A stretch of 64,000 nt of DNA from an uncultured Acidobacteriota bacterium (GCA_963758195.1 CAVWUH010000002.1:3981560-4045559), one strand, 5' to 3'; numbered from the stretch's first letter, positions 28,848-39,982 are shown. The notes: generated by a model from the sequence alone, not told the origin. A program made the numbers and translations.

Positions 28848-30367
28848 CGGCAGGAGTCGTCACTCGGAACATCCTCGCCAACGTCACCGGCAGCGTCTGG
28901 AGCGGCCTCATGGCTCTGGCGTTCATCCCCATCTACATCCGCTTCATGGGGATTGAGGCCTACGGTCTGGTCGGATTTTTCATCACATTGCAGGCTGTTT
29001 TCTCGCTGCTCGATCTCGGATTGAGCACGACGTTGAATCGCGAACTGGCGCGGTTGGCGGCGCGGGAAGGGACGCAGCGCGACATGCGCAACCTCCTTCG
29101 CTCGATGGAGATCATCTATTGGATCACCGGCCTTCTGAGCGCGGTGGCGATCATCGCCTTGTCGCACGTGATCGCCTATCGATGGGTGCACGCGGAGCAC
29201 CTCGCCGAGTCGACGGTGCAGCGCGCGGTGATCGTGATGGGACTCGTCGTCGCGGTGCAGTGGCCCCTCGCCCTGTACAGCGGCGGCTTGCTCGGTCTGC
29301 AGCGCCAGGTCGTGCTGAATGGAGTCAATGCCGCGGCCGCGACGGCGCGCGGAGCGGGTGCGATTCTCGTTCTGTGGCTGGTCTCGCCGACGATCGTCGC
29401 GTACTTCCTGTGGCAGGTGGTCGTGAGTTGCGTGCACACGTTGGTCGTTGCCTCGATTCTCTGGCGCCAGCTCGCGATGACCGGAGAACGCGCGCGATTC
29501 GACGGGGGGTTGATCCGATCAATTCATCGATTCGCCGCGGGGATGCTCGGCATCAGCGCGCTCGGTGTGCTGCTGACCCAAATGGACAAGTTGATTCTCA
29601 GCAGGCTGCTGACGCTGGAGGCCTTCGGCTACTACAGCCTCGCCGCGGCCGTGGCCGGGAGTCTTTACCGGCTCGTCTCGCCGATCTTTACGGCGCTCTT
29701 CCCGCGTTTTTCGCAGCTTGCCGCGACCGACGAGACATCCCTGGTGCCGCTCTATCACCGCGCCTGTCAGGGGATGACCGCACTCATCGTTCCGATCACG
29801 ATGTTCATCGCTTTCTTTTCGTTCGAGCTGCTGCGTCTCTGGACGCGCGACGCGTCCACCTCGCGCATCGCCGCTCCGATTCTCACGCTGCTCGTCCTCG
29901 GCACGGCCGTGAATGGACTCCTGAACCTGCCGTACGCGCTGCAGCTCGCCTATGGATGGACGCGCCTGAGCTTCATCGCCAACCTCGTGGCCGTTGCCAT
30001 CCTCGGGCCGGCGCTGTTCTTCGCGACCGCCCGTTATGGCGCGATCGGCGCGGCGGCGGTCTGGTGCATCTACAACGCCGGCTATGCGGTGATCGTCGTG
30101 CGGATCATGCACCGCCGCATTCTCAGAGGCGAAGAGTGGCGCTGGTACTTTCAGGACGTCGGCCTGCCGGTCGTCGTCGCACTGGCCGCGACAGCCATGG
30201 CGCGCCTGCTCGTAACAGGTGCGTCGATGACCATGTTGGTCGTGCAGCTCGTTGCGGCCGGTGCCTTCATTCAACTCGCAACCTGCGCCGCGCTGCCGGA
30301 TTTCCGGCGCATGGCGCTGGCCTTCGTGCGCCGCGGAGCGGCGTCCCCGATTGGACCGAGTCGCTGA
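28844..30367 (+). CDS. wzx: Wzx-type polysaccharide/oligosaccharide flippase (MOP superfamily)
   Basis: ORF 507 aa, about 12-14 hydrophobic segments, N-terminus NILANVTGSVWSGLMALAFIPIYIRFMG.EAYGLVGFF typical of lipopolysaccharide biosynthesis flippases. Confidence 0.7.
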   Translation: MTAGVVTRNILANVTGSVWSGLMALAFIPIYIRFMGIEAYGLVGFFITLQAVFSLLDLGLSTTLNRELARLAAREGTQRDMRNLLRSMEIIYWITGLLSAVAIIALSHVIAYRWVHAEHLAESTVQRAVIVMGLVVAVQWPLALYSGGLLGLQRQVVLNGVNAAAATARGAGAILVLWLVSPTIVAYFLWQVVVSCVHTLVVASILWRQLAMTGERARFDGGLIRSIHRFAAGMLGISALGVLLTQMDKLILSRLLTLEAFGYYSLAAAVAGSLYRLVSPIFTALFPRFSQLAATDETSLVPLYHRACQGMTALIVPITMFIAFFSFELLRLWTRDASTSRIAAPILTLLVLGTAVNGLLNLPYALQLAYGWTRLSFIANLVAVAILGPALFFATARYGAIGAAAVWCIYNAGYAVIVVRIMHRRILRGEEWRWYFQDVGLPVVVALAATAMARLLVTGASMTMLVVQLVAAGAFIQLATCAALPDFRRMALAFVRRGAASPIGPSR

Positions 30368-30377
30368 TGGTGATCGT

Positions 30378-31142
30378 GTGAGCTGGAAACGTTCTCCCGT
30401 CGTGCGCAGCGCCTATTCGTGGGCGTCAGCCTTCGGCGATCCCTTGCGGACGTTGCGTGCGCTTCGGAACCTTCCGCTGTTCGTTCGCGACTACGTCCGC
30501 TATCGGCGCCAGCCCGACGCCGAGCAACTTGCCTGGCGCGAGATGCAGCCCGCGTTGCACGAACGGACTGGATCGCACGATCTCGATGCGCATTACTACT
30601 ATTCGAATGCCTGGGCTTCGCGCAGAGTGGCCGCGACCGCGCCGTCGCTTCATGTCGATGTCGGATCGCAGTCCATTCTGTCGGCCGTTCTTTCGGCGAC
30701 GATGCCGGTGATGTTCATCGATTACCGGCCGCTCGTCGCGGGCTTGCGCGGACTCACGAGCGTGTCGGGCGATCTGGTTCACCTGCCGCTCCGGAGCGAG
30801 AGCGTCCGTTCGCTCTCCTGCCTCCACGTGGCGGAGCACATCGGTCTCGGCCGCTATGGCGATCCGATTGACGCGAATGGAACGCGCAAGGCCATTGCCG
30901 AGCTGACGCGCGTGCTCGCGCCGGGCGGCAATCTTTTGTTCGCGGTGCCGGTGGGTCGGGAGCGCGTTGCATTCAACGCGCATCGCATTCATGCGGCATC
31001 GACGATCCGTGAGCTGTTCGCGTCGCTCACGCTTCGCGAGTTCAGCGGCGTGAACGACGAAGGCCACTACGCGGAGAACGTGCCTCTCGATGCCTTCACC
31101 GCCGACGACTACGCCTGCGGTTTCTTCTGGTTCACGAAATGA
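30378..31142 (+). CDS. SAM-dependent methyltransferase-like protein (DUF268-like)
   Basis: Frame of ORF 30252..31142, start taken at GTG 30378: HVAEHIGLGRYGDPID..G..KA..EL.RVL.PGG.L.FAVPVG. Family recalled from memory. Confidence 0.5.
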   Translation: MSWKRSPVVRSAYSWASAFGDPLRTLRALRNLPLFVRDYVRYRRQPDAEQLAWREMQPALHERTGSHDLDAHYYYSNAWASRRVAATAPSLHVDVGSQSILSAVLSATMPVMFIDYRPLVAGLRGLTSVSGDLVHLPLRSESVRSLSCLHVAEHIGLGRYGDPIDANGTRKAIAELTRVLAPGGNLLFAVPVGRERVAFNAHRIHAASTIRELFASLTLREFSGVNDEGHYAENVPLDAFTADDYACGFFWFTK

Positions 31143-32089
31143 CTTCGTCGTTGCCGTTCTTCAGCATCATCATGCCGGTTTACAACCGTGCGGCTGTCGT
31201 GGGGCGCGCGCTGCGCAGTTGTCTTTCGCAATCATTCGACTCGTTCGAAGTCGTCGTCGTGGACGACGGTTCCAGCGATACGTCAGTGGAAGCGGTCCTT
31301 GCCTTCGACGACCCGCGTGTACGCCTCCTGCGCCATGAGCGCAACCGCGGCCGCGGACCGGCGCGCAACACCGCGATGGCCGCGGCGCGCGGAGAATGGC
31401 TGGTCTTCCTCGACAGCGATGACGAGTTGCTCCCCGATGCTCTGCAGATCATCCATCGCCGCGCCATCGCCGCCGATCCTTCCATCGGAGGATTGCGCTT
31501 CATGTGCGTCGATGAAGAAGGGATCTCTCCCGATCCGCCGCACCGCGATGAAGTGCTCGATTACGAGGGTTACCTTCGCTGGCTCGACGTCGCCGTGAAA
31601 CAGGAGACGCTTCCCTGTGCGCGGGCTTCGACGTTTCCCGCCGTCCGGTATGCCGACTCACATGCGTCGGAACGCTGGTATCACCTCGAGCTGGCGCGTA
31701 CGTCGCGCGTTCAGGCGTGCAGTGAGGTCGTACGCCGCTACTATCATGACGTCGCCGATCGCATCACCGTTCCCGTGGCCGAGCGCACGCTGCGCTACGC
31801 GGCCGATGAAGCGGACGACGCGCGCAACGTTCTCGCCGTGCACGAAGACTCTCTGCGCCGGTTTGCCCCGAAGACGTATCGCCAGACCTTGGCGGCGGCG
31901 GCGACGGCGAATTTCGTGGCCGGGCGGAGGTGGGATGGGCTTCGTTTCGCCGCGCGTGCCTGGCGATGGATGCCGCTGTCGCCAAGACTCTACGCCGTCG
32001 TGGCGTTGGGAATGCTCGGGCGGCGGCCGCTCGCGGAAATGCAGGCGCTGCGCGCCCGCGCCGTGACCACGAGGCGGACCGCGTCATGA
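31139..32089 (+). CDS. family 2 glycosyltransferase
   Basis: ORF 316 aa: FSIIMPVYNRAAVVGRALRSCLSQSF..FEVVVVDDGSSD; FLDSDDE. Confidence 0.85.
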   Translation: MTSSLPFFSIIMPVYNRAAVVGRALRSCLSQSFDSFEVVVVDDGSSDTSVEAVLAFDDPRVRLLRHERNRGRGPARNTAMAAARGEWLVFLDSDDELLPDALQIIHRRAIAADPSIGGLRFMCVDEEGISPDPPHRDEVLDYEGYLRWLDVAVKQETLPCARASTFPAVRYADSHASERWYHLELARTSRVQACSEVVRRYYHDVADRITVPVAERTLRYAADEADDARNVLAVHEDSLRRFAPKTYRQTLAAAATANFVAGRRWDGLRFAARAWRWMPLSPRLYAVVALGMLGRRPLAEMQALRARAVTTRRTAS

Positions 32090-33567
32090 CTGCCGTTCCG
32101 TTCGACCAACGATCCGCATCTCCGTACTGGCCGCGCAGATCTCACGGGGGAGCGCGTGGGTTCCGGACGTTTTCGCTCCTGTTCGTCGCCTCCGCGAGCA
32201 TCGGCCTGTACTTCGGCAATGCTGACGTGCGCGCAGTGCTCGCACCGGCTGTCGTCGTGGCCGCAACGGCGCTGTTCTATCTCAGCGTTCAGATCCGGCG
32301 CGAAGGCCATCTGCCGATCTTCGAGGCAGCGTCGCTGTTCGTCGTGGCTACTGCCGTGTACACGATCGTTCCGCTGCTGCAATTCGCGTTGGGCGGAATG
32401 CGGTGTGGACCGTGGGGCGACAACCGTCTCTATCAGTGGGATCCGACGCCGCAGGAGTTCGGTGGATTCGCTTGGCGTCACGCCGTTCTGCTGATCACAT
32501 TCGTGGTGGTCTATCTCCCGGTGCGCGGCCGGCGCCTCTGGCCTCTCCGAACTCCGGCCCGTCCGATGCGCACCACGACCGCGGTGATCATCGGGTCGGT
32601 CGTCGCCGTCAGCATCTGGTTCCTGGTTCTCGGCCTCTACGCGGGACCGACGGTGAGCGCGTATCACGGTGGAACCAACGCGACGTTGCGGCCGGTCCCG
32701 TTGATCGTGCTGCAGATCGCGAACGTCGCGCAGATCGTCGGCCTGACTCTGAAGCAGTGCCTCATCGTCCTCCTCCTCCTCGGATGGCGCCGCCGCACGT
32801 ATCGTTATGCGCTCGTCGTCTGGATGGCGTTCGAGGTTGCGAAGACCTTGGTCACCTTCGAAAGCCGCGCGTCGACGATGCTGCTGCTGCTCACCGTGGT
32901 CGTCGGCTATCACGGTCTGGTCCGGCCTCTCCGCGTGAAGTTTGCGTTTGCGGTCGGTGTGATCGCGCTCATCGGCTTCCTGGTGTTCGGCATCTTTCGC
33001 GACATCGGCAGCGAGACGGTGAAGCAGGATCCGCACGCCGTATGGGGCGCGGCGACCGAGTTCCAGATTCTGTTCGGCACTGCCTACGATCTGCACATGC
33101 GGCGTGTGTCGGGGACGCTGCCGCCGATTCCCTGGCAGCTCTACTTCAGCGACTTCTATCGCGTCATTCCCAGCCAGCTGCTTCCGTTCTACAAGTGGGA
33201 TCCGGCCGACTGGTACGTGGATGTGCTGGGGCTCGGCGGCACGGGGCAGGGATTCATGTTCGGGGTCGTGGCGCAGTCGGCGATCGGATTCGGTTACCCC
33301 GAGTTGATCGTTCGCGCCATCATCCTGGCGCTCCTGTATGCCTTTGCCCATCGCTTCTATCGGCGTTACAGCCGCTCGTTCTGGGCGACGATCGCCTATC
33401 TCTTCGTCGTGACCTGGGCCTACTACGCGTTCCGGTCGACGTCGTTCGACATCCTCTACCGCCTCGTCTACTACTTCGCGCCGACGTGGCTTTTGGTCAA
33501 GACATTGACGGTCATCATCACCAAGGTGAAGGAACCGCGGCGTCGCGCGGCGGCCGTCGCCACATGA
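32086..33567 (+). CDS. polytopic membrane protein, candidate Wzy-type polymerase
   Basis: Frame of ORF 31930..33567 from ATG 32086 (ATGA overlap). At least 10 hydrophobic segments with one larger loop. It sits between glycosyltransferases. Call is by topology and context only. Confidence 0.5.
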   Translation: MTAVPFDQRSASPYWPRRSHGGARGFRTFSLLFVASASIGLYFGNADVRAVLAPAVVVAATALFYLSVQIRREGHLPIFEAASLFVVATAVYTIVPLLQFALGGMRCGPWGDNRLYQWDPTPQEFGGFAWRHAVLLITFVVVYLPVRGRRLWPLRTPARPMRTTTAVIIGSVVAVSIWFLVLGLYAGPTVSAYHGGTNATLRPVPLIVLQIANVAQIVGLTLKQCLIVLLLLGWRRRTYRYALVVWMAFEVAKTLVTFESRASTMLLLLTVVVGYHGLVRPLRVKFAFAVGVIALIGFLVFGIFRDIGSETVKQDPHAVWGAATEFQILFGTAYDLHMRRVSGTLPPIPWQLYFSDFYRVIPSQLLPFYKWDPADWYVDVLGLGGTGQGFMFGVVAQSAIGFGYPELIVRAIILALLYAFAHRFYRRYSRSFWATIAYLFVVTWAYYAFRSTSFDILYRLVYYFAPTWLLVKTLTVIITKVKEPRRRAAAVAT

Positions 33568-34664
33568 GGATCGCGCTCCTCACTCTGACTCGCGGCAATG
33601 TCAGCGGCGGGTTTCGAAAGTACCTCGACCGGCTCGTGCCGTTGCTGCAACGCGACGCCGAGGTCGAGCGATTGGATGTATTCGTCCCGATGCAGATCGC
33701 GCGAAGCGGGGAGCGGTCGTGGCCGGACGGCGACGACGTTCGCGGATTCCGCGCGTTGCGATCCATGGTGTCGGAGTTGAAGCCGGACGTGGTCTTCGTT
33801 CCCACGGCTCGCGCGCTGCGGGTCGGGCGAATTCCGCTGGTCACGATGGTGCGCAACATGGAGCCGCTCGAAGTGCCGTTCGGCGGCAACACCATGCTCG
33901 AGGGTTTGAAGAACGTGGCGCGCGCGTCCGCGGCGCGATCGGCATGCCGGAGCTCGGATCGCGTCATCGCCGTTTCCGATCACGTTCGGCGCTTTCTCGT
34001 CGAGCACTGGCGGATTCCGGAGGCGCGGATCGGCACGGTTTATCACGGCATCGATCCGGCGGAAGATGTTCTCGAGCCGCCTGACGCGTTGCAGTCCATG
34101 ATCGGACGTCGCTTCCTTTTTACCGCCGGATCGATCCGGCCGGCGCGCGGTGTGGAGGACGCGATCGAGGCTCTGAGCAGCGTGCCGAACGATATCCATC
34201 TCGTCGTCGCCGGCTCCGTCGATCGCGGCGCCGAACACTACGCCGCGAAGATGCGGCGGCTCGCGGAAGTGCGCGGCGTCACGCAACGTGTGGTGTGGGC
34301 GGGCCAACTCGACGCGCGGGCCATGGCTTGGTGCTTTCGCACGGCAGAAGCGTTCGTCATGACCAGCCGCGCCGAGGCCTGTCCCAACGTCGTGCTCGAA
34401 GCATTGGCGCAGGGATCGGTCTCGATCTCCACCACGCATCCGCCGATGCCGGAGTTTTTCGGCGATGTCGCGTGGTACTACAAAGAACGTGATGCCGCAG
34501 ATTTAGTCGCGCGCATCCATGAAGTGCTCGCCGCGCCGCTGGCGGAACGAGAGCGAAGGCAGAACGCCGCACGTGCCCGGGCCGGACTCTTTCCCTGGGC
34601 AGCGACCGCTCGCGCCACAATCGCGCAGTTGCGCATGGCGATGAGTGCGCCGGCGCAGTCATGA
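33564..34664 (+). CDS. family 4 (GT-B) glycosyltransferase
   Basis: Frame of ORF 32403..34664 from ATG 33564: [39 protein letters not shown]. Confidence 0.75.
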   Translation: MRIALLTLTRGNVSGGFRKYLDRLVPLLQRDAEVERLDVFVPMQIARSGERSWPDGDDVRGFRALRSMVSELKPDVVFVPTARALRVGRIPLVTMVRNMEPLEVPFGGNTMLEGLKNVARASAARSACRSSDRVIAVSDHVRRFLVEHWRIPEARIGTVYHGIDPAEDVLEPPDALQSMIGRRFLFTAGSIRPARGVEDAIEALSSVPNDIHLVVAGSVDRGAEHYAAKMRRLAEVRGVTQRVVWAGQLDARAMAWCFRTAEAFVMTSRAEACPNVVLEALAQGSVSISTTHPPMPEFFGDVAWYYKERDAADLVARIHEVLAAPLAERERRQNAARARAGLFPWAATARATIAQLRMAMSAPAQS

Positions 34665-35758
34665 CGCGAAAAACGATTTCGACAAAGGACGGAACCCCAG
34701 TGCGCAGAGTCATCATCACCGGAAGCAGTGGCCTCATCGGCTCCGAGGCCGTGGCCTATTACGACCGCATCGGGTGCGAAGTTCACGGCGCCGACAACAA
34801 CATGCGGCGCGAATTCTTCGGGCCCAAAGGCGACACGCTCTGGAACCTGCACCGCCTGCAGGCCAGCACGCGCAACTTCATTCACCACGACCTCGACATC
34901 CGCGATCGCGAATCGGTCTTCCGGCTCTTTCAGGAGCACGCCTTCGATCTCATCATCCATTGCGCGGCGCAGCCGTCGCACGACCGCGCCCGCGACATCC
35001 CGCTCGATGACTTCGACGTCAACGCCGTCGGCACGGTGAATCTCCTCGAGGCCACGCGCCGCTACCGTCCCGAGGCCGTGTTCATCTTCATGAGCACGAA
35101 CAAGGTCTACGGCGACGCGCCGAACGAGCTACCGCTCAGCGAGCTCGCGACGCGATGGGAGTACGCGAGGCCGGAGGATTGGAAAGGGATCTCCGAGGAG
35201 TGCCGGATCGATCGCAACATGCACTCGATCTTCGGAGCGTCGAAAGTCGCCGCCGACGTGATGACCCAGGAGTACGGGCGCTATTACGGACTCAGGACCG
35301 GAACATTTCGCGGTGGCTGTCTCACCGGCCCCAATCATTCCGGCGTCGAGCTGCACGGCTTTCTCAGCTATCTCGTGAAAGTCGCCGCCGCGGATGGCGA
35401 GTACTCGGTGTTCGGCTACAAGGCCAAGCAGGTGCGCGATCAGATCCACAGCATCGACGTCATCGGCGCATTCGAAGCCTTCGCCGAGAATCCGCGTCCC
35501 GGCGAGGTCTACAACCTCGGTGGAGGTCGCGACAACAGCGCGTCCATTCTCGAGTGCTTCGCCATGCTCGAGCAGCGGCTGCAGCGGCCGGTGCGCTGGA
35601 AATACATCGAAGAGAATCGCCAGGGGGATCACATCTGCTACATCAGCGATCTCTCCAAGCTGATGCAGCACTATCCGAACTGGCGGATCACACGATCTCT
35701 TGAGTCGATCGTCGATGAAATGCTCGCCGCCGAGTTGGCGGCGGGATCCGCGGTCTGA
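34661..35758 (+). CDS. NAD-dependent epimerase, CDP-paratose 2-epimerase-like family
   Basis: ORF 365 aa: [61 protein letters not shown]. Confidence 0.7.
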   Translation: MTRKTISTKDGTPVRRVIITGSSGLIGSEAVAYYDRIGCEVHGADNNMRREFFGPKGDTLWNLHRLQASTRNFIHHDLDIRDRESVFRLFQEHAFDLIIHCAAQPSHDRARDIPLDDFDVNAVGTVNLLEATRRYRPEAVFIFMSTNKVYGDAPNELPLSELATRWEYARPEDWKGISEECRIDRNMHSIFGASKVAADVMTQEYGRYYGLRTGTFRGGCLTGPNHSGVELHGFLSYLVKVAAADGEYSVFGYKAKQVRDQIHSIDVIGAFEAFAENPRPGEVYNLGGGRDNSASILECFAMLEQRLQRPVRWKYIEENRQGDHICYISDLSKLMQHYPNWRITRSLESIVDEMLAAELAAGSAV

Positions 35759-35772
35759 CTCGTGAGCAACTG

Positions 35773-37029
35773 ATGGGCAACGACAATCCTCCTTCCATTC
35801 GCCGGCTCGTGCCGATTCCTTCGAAGTTGAAGGAGCGGCTGCGCGCGTGGGGTCCAGCGCGCGAAGCGTGGACCGCCGTGCGTGCGCGCCAGGTCGAGGA
35901 GGAGTACCGCAAGCGCCGCGATTTCTACGCGCGCACTGCCGCCGAGCGAGGGCTCGTCTACAGCGAAGCGCGCATCACCGGCGAAGTGCGCGCCCGTCTT
36001 GCTGCGCGCGGCTACACGCCAGTGCGGCGCGTCACAGGAGAGATCCACACCTTCGCATCGATTCCGATGTTCGGCTGGCACGAGCACCTCGTTCCCGACC
36101 TCGGCGAGCTCGGGCCGGTCACGCACTTCGACTACACCAAGCTCGGATTCGATTTCGAGCGCCTTGCCGCGACTGAAGGAGAGGCGACGCAGCGCGAGCG
36201 CGCGCGGATGAACGATCTGCTCGTCAATGCCATCCGCGAAGCGCATGTTCGAGGCCCTGTCGACTGGGTGTTCTTGTACGGCGGCGGCCAGGACTATTCG
36301 CCGGCGATGCTTCGCCGGATCACCGAAGAGCTCGGGATCCCGGTCGCGAACATGTCGCTCGACGACAAGCAGGGCTTCGTCGGCGCCAGCGCCGGCGACG
36401 CGCGCACCGGTGCGATCGACATCACCCGCGACACCGATCTCTACATGACCTCCGCGCGCGTCGCCTGCGAATGGCACATGGTCGAAGGCGGGCGTCCGCT
36501 GTATCTCCCGGAAGGGTTCAGCACCGCGGCCTATCGCCCGATGAACGTGCCGCGCGACATTCCGGTGAGCTTCGTCGGCGGCGCGTACGGATTTCGCGTC
36601 GCGGTGATCGATGCGATTCGCCGCGCCGGAATCGACGTGCATCCGTTCGGCGGCGGCTGGGGCACGCGTTCGGTCTGGCGCGACGAGCAGGTCGAGATCA
36701 TCAACCGCAGCGCGATCAACCTCGGCATGGGCGGCATCGAGTACTCGGAGACGTTCACGAATGTGAAGACGCGCGACTTCGAGATTCCCGGCACCGGAGG
36801 CGGCGTCTATCTCACTTCCTTCAACGCCGATCTCGCGCAGCACTTCGTCGTCGGCGACGAGATCCTCTGTTATCACACGCGCGACGAGATGATCGATCTC
36901 ATTCGCTACTACCTGGCCCGTCCCGAGGAAGCGGACGCGATCGCGCGACGCGCACGTGCGCGATCTCTTCGAGAGCACCGCTGGTTGCATCGCTACGAAG
37001 CGATGCTCCGCATTCTGGGCGTGTTGTGA
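35773..37029 (+). CDS. CgeB-like / glycosyltransferase-1-like protein
   Basis: ORF 418 aa. The C-terminal part (SFVGGAYGFR, INLGMGGI, TRDFEIPGTGG.YLT, EEADAIARRARARSL.EH.W..R) resembles CgeB-family spore-maturation/glycosyltransferase proteins. Confidence 0.5.
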   Translation: MGNDNPPSIRRLVPIPSKLKERLRAWGPAREAWTAVRARQVEEEYRKRRDFYARTAAERGLVYSEARITGEVRARLAARGYTPVRRVTGEIHTFASIPMFGWHEHLVPDLGELGPVTHFDYTKLGFDFERLAATEGEATQRERARMNDLLVNAIREAHVRGPVDWVFLYGGGQDYSPAMLRRITEELGIPVANMSLDDKQGFVGASAGDARTGAIDITRDTDLYMTSARVACEWHMVEGGRPLYLPEGFSTAAYRPMNVPRDIPVSFVGGAYGFRVAVIDAIRRAGIDVHPFGGGWGTRSVWRDEQVEIINRSAINLGMGGIEYSETFTNVKTRDFEIPGTGGGVYLTSFNADLAQHFVVGDEILCYHTRDEMIDLIRYYLARPEEADAIARRARARSLREHRWLHRYEAMLRILGVL

Positions 37030-37045
37030 CGCGCGCAATCCGCTG

Positions 37046-38107
37046 ATGCGCGTTCTCCATCTGATCCCGACCCTCGGCGGCGGCGGCGCCGAGCGCCAGA
37101 TCGTGGCTCTCGCGCAGGGGCTTCGCACGCTCGGCGTCGACGTGCACGTCGGGATCGTGAGCGAAGGTGCGAACCTGACACGGCTCGAAGCGGCCGGCGC
37201 GATCGTGCATCGCATCGCCGCGCGCGGCAACTACGATCCAATGCTTCCGCTGCGCATCGCCAGGCTCATTCGACGCGTGCATCCGGACGTCGTGCAGACC
37301 TGGCTGACGCAGATGGACGTCGTTGGCGGACTCGCGGCGCTGATGACGCGGACGCCGTGGATCATCAGCGAGCGCACCAACAAGGTCTACTATCCGCGCG
37401 ACCTCAAACATGGCTTTCGACATTTCATCGGGCGGTTCGCCAGCGCCATCGTGGCGAATTCGCGCGGCGGGGCGGAGTACTGGAGCGCGATGCCTTCGAA
37501 GAAAGTCGTCGTCGTGCCGAATGCCCTTCCGCTCGCGGACATCGAGCTCGCCGTGCGCGACGAGCGCGACCTCGGAGCATCGGAAGTCATCCTCTTCGCC
37601 GGCCGCTTCGATCCGGCGAAGAACCTGCCGAATCTCATCGATGCACTGTCGAACGTCATCCGCGAACGCGACGCCGTGGCGCTGCTCTGCGGGGAAGGTC
37701 CGCTTGAAGGTGAAGTGCGGGCCAGGATCGGAAGTGCAGAGATGTCGGATCGCATCCGACTCCTTGGTTTCACCGATCAGGTGTTCGGCCTCATGAAGCG
37801 CGCCGACGTCTTCGTCTCCTCGAGCTGGTTCGAAGGTCAGCCCAATGCCGTCCTCGAAGCGGCGGCGTGCGGTGGTCCGCTCGTGCTCTCCGACATTCCC
37901 GCGCATCGCGAATGCTTCGGCAACGACGCCGCGCTGTATGCCGATCCGTCCGATCCCGCTGCGATCGCCGGCGCAATTCGGCAAACGTTGGACGATCGCA
38001 ATGCCGCGCGCCAGCGCGCGGAGCGCGCGCGCTCGATCGCAAGGCAATGGTCGATCGAGCGTGCGGCGTCGTCGTATCTGCAAACGTACAAGATGGTGAC
38101 TGCCTGA
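37046..38107 (+). CDS. family 4 glycosyltransferase
   Basis: Frame of ORF 36956..38107 from ATG 37046: MRVLHLIPTLGGGGAERQ, FAGRFDPAKN, FVSSSWFEGQPNAVLEAAACG. Confidence 0.85.
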   Translation: MRVLHLIPTLGGGGAERQIVALAQGLRTLGVDVHVGIVSEGANLTRLEAAGAIVHRIAARGNYDPMLPLRIARLIRRVHPDVVQTWLTQMDVVGGLAALMTRTPWIISERTNKVYYPRDLKHGFRHFIGRFASAIVANSRGGAEYWSAMPSKKVVVVPNALPLADIELAVRDERDLGASEVILFAGRFDPAKNLPNLIDALSNVIRERDAVALLCGEGPLEGEVRARIGSAEMSDRIRLLGFTDQVFGLMKRADVFVSSSWFEGQPNAVLEAAACGGPLVLSDIPAHRECFGNDAALYADPSDPAAIAGAIRQTLDDRNAARQRAERARSIARQWSIERAASSYLQTYKMVTA

Positions 38108-39978
38108 TGTGCGGAATCGTCGGATACGCAGGGGGACACGCCGGCCGGGAACGGATCGACGGCGAGCAGCTCGCGCGCATGCGCGACACGATGACGCATC
38201 GCGGTCCCGACGACCTCGGGATCTGGATCTCCGTGGACGGCGCCGCCGGTCTCGCGCAACGACGGCTGGCGATCATCGATCTCTCGCCTGGCGGACATCA
38301 GCCGATGGCCGATCCGTCGTGTCGCGTTCACCTCTCGTTCAACGGCGAGATCTACAACTTCATGGACGTGCGCCGCGAGCTCGAAGAGCGCGGTCACGCG
38401 TTTCACACGTCGAGCGATACCGAGGTGATCCTCGCGGCGTATCGCGAATGGGGCGAGGATTGCGTCCAGCATCTCGTCGGGATGTTCGCGCTGTCGCTGT
38501 ACGACGAGAACAAGCGCGCGCTCTACCTCGCGCGCGATCGCGCCGGCGAGAAGCCGCTCTTTCTCTGGAGAACACCGTCGCGGGTCGTGTTCGCCTCGGA
38601 GCTCAAAGCGCTGTTCGCGATGCCGGAGATGCCGCGCCGGCTCAGCCGCGAAGCGCTCGAGCACTATCTCGCCTTTGCCTACGTTCCGCGCGAGCTTTGC
38701 ATGATCGACGGCGTGTCCAAGCTTCTGCCGGGGACGATGCTGCGCTACGACGTCGACAGCGGAGACATTCGCACGTGGCGCTACTGGGACCTTCCCGAGC
38801 TCGACGAGAAGGCAGCGCAGCGCTCGCCGGACGATCTCGCCGACGAGCTGCACGAGTTGCTGCGCGCCGCGGTATCGCGACAGCTCGTTGCCGACGTGCC
38901 GGTGGGCATTCTGCTCAGCGGCGGAGTCGACTCCAGCCTCGTCACGGCGATGGCCGCGAGCGTGTCGTCGAAGCCGGTGCGCACGTTTACGATCACATTT
39001 CCCGGCCACGGCAGTTACGACGAGGCGCCGTACGCGCGCATGGTTGCGCAGCACTTCGGCACGGAGCACGTCGAGCTCCCCGGCGAAGAAGCGACGCTGT
39101 CGCTGCTTCCCGCGCTCGTGCGGCAGTACGACGAACCGCTCGGCGATTCGTCGGCGATTCCGACGTATCTCGTCTCGCGCCTGATCCGCCAGCACGCGAC
39201 GGTCGCCCTCGGCGGCGACGGTGGCGACGAGCTGTTCGGCGGCTATCCGCAGTATCTCTGGATCCAGCGCATCGCCACGCTGCAACGCACGATGCCCGGC
39301 CCGCTGCGCCGGCTCCTGAGCGCTGCCGCGCACGCGCTGCCGGTCGGAACGCGCGGGCGCAACTACGGCGTGGCCGCCGGCGCGAATGGACACGATCCCG
39401 TCACGCGGGCGAGTCTCTTCTTCGATCGCGAATGGCGCGCGTCGCTGCTCGCGAACAATGGTGCGTCGGCGAACGGCCCCGAAGCGCTTCGCATGGAGCT
39501 GACGCAGGGCGCGCATTCGTTGTTGCAGGCGATGCAGCGCGTCGACTTCCGCAGCTACATGGTCGACGACATCCTCGTGAAGGTCGATCGCGCCAGCATG
39601 CTCGCCTCACTCGAAACGCGCGCTCCGTTCCTCGATCCGGCCGTCGTGGAGTTCGCATACGGCAAGGTTCCCGATCGTTTGAAAGTCGGGTTCCGCGACC
39701 GAAAGATCCTGCTGCGCCGCCTCGCGGCACGACTCCTTCCGCCGCAGCTCGATCTGAAACGCAAGCAGGGGTTCTCGATCCCCCTCGCCAAATGGTTCGC
39801 CGGCGACTGGGGTCCGATGATGCGCTCGGTTCTCGCGGAAGCCGATCCGGCGATCTTCAATCCGAAGGGCATTGCGGCGCTGTTCGATGGCGATCCGCAG
39901 CACGGAAACCAACTGCACCGCATTTACGCGCTGACGGTGTTCGAGCTGTGGCGGCGCGAGTATCAGGTGACGCTGTAG
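38107..39978 (+). CDS. asnB: asparagine synthase (glutamine-hydrolysing) family amidotransferase, EPS-associated
   Basis: Frame of ORF 37867..39978 from ATG 38107: MCGIVGY (Ntn Cys2), RGPDD, FNGEIYN, SDTEVIL, LLSGGVDSS PP-loop. Confidence 0.9.
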   Translation: MCGIVGYAGGHAGRERIDGEQLARMRDTMTHRGPDDLGIWISVDGAAGLAQRRLAIIDLSPGGHQPMADPSCRVHLSFNGEIYNFMDVRRELEERGHAFHTSSDTEVILAAYREWGEDCVQHLVGMFALSLYDENKRALYLARDRAGEKPLFLWRTPSRVVFASELKALFAMPEMPRRLSREALEHYLAFAYVPRELCMIDGVSKLLPGTMLRYDVDSGDIRTWRYWDLPELDEKAAQRSPDDLADELHELLRAAVSRQLVADVPVGILLSGGVDSSLVTAMAASVSSKPVRTFTITFPGHGSYDEAPYARMVAQHFGTEHVELPGEEATLSLLPALVRQYDEPLGDSSAIPTYLVSRLIRQHATVALGGDGGDELFGGYPQYLWIQRIATLQRTMPGPLRRLLSAAAHALPVGTRGRNYGVAAGANGHDPVTRASLFFDREWRASLLANNGASANGPEALRMELTQGAHSLLQAMQRVDFRSYMVDDILVKVDRASMLASLETRAPFLDPAVVEFAYGKVPDRLKVGFRDRKILLRRLAARLLPPQLDLKRKQGFSIPLAKWFAGDWGPMMRSVLAEADPAIFNPKGIAALFDGDPQHGNQLHRIYALTVFELWRREYQVTL

Positions 39979-39982
39979 TGAT

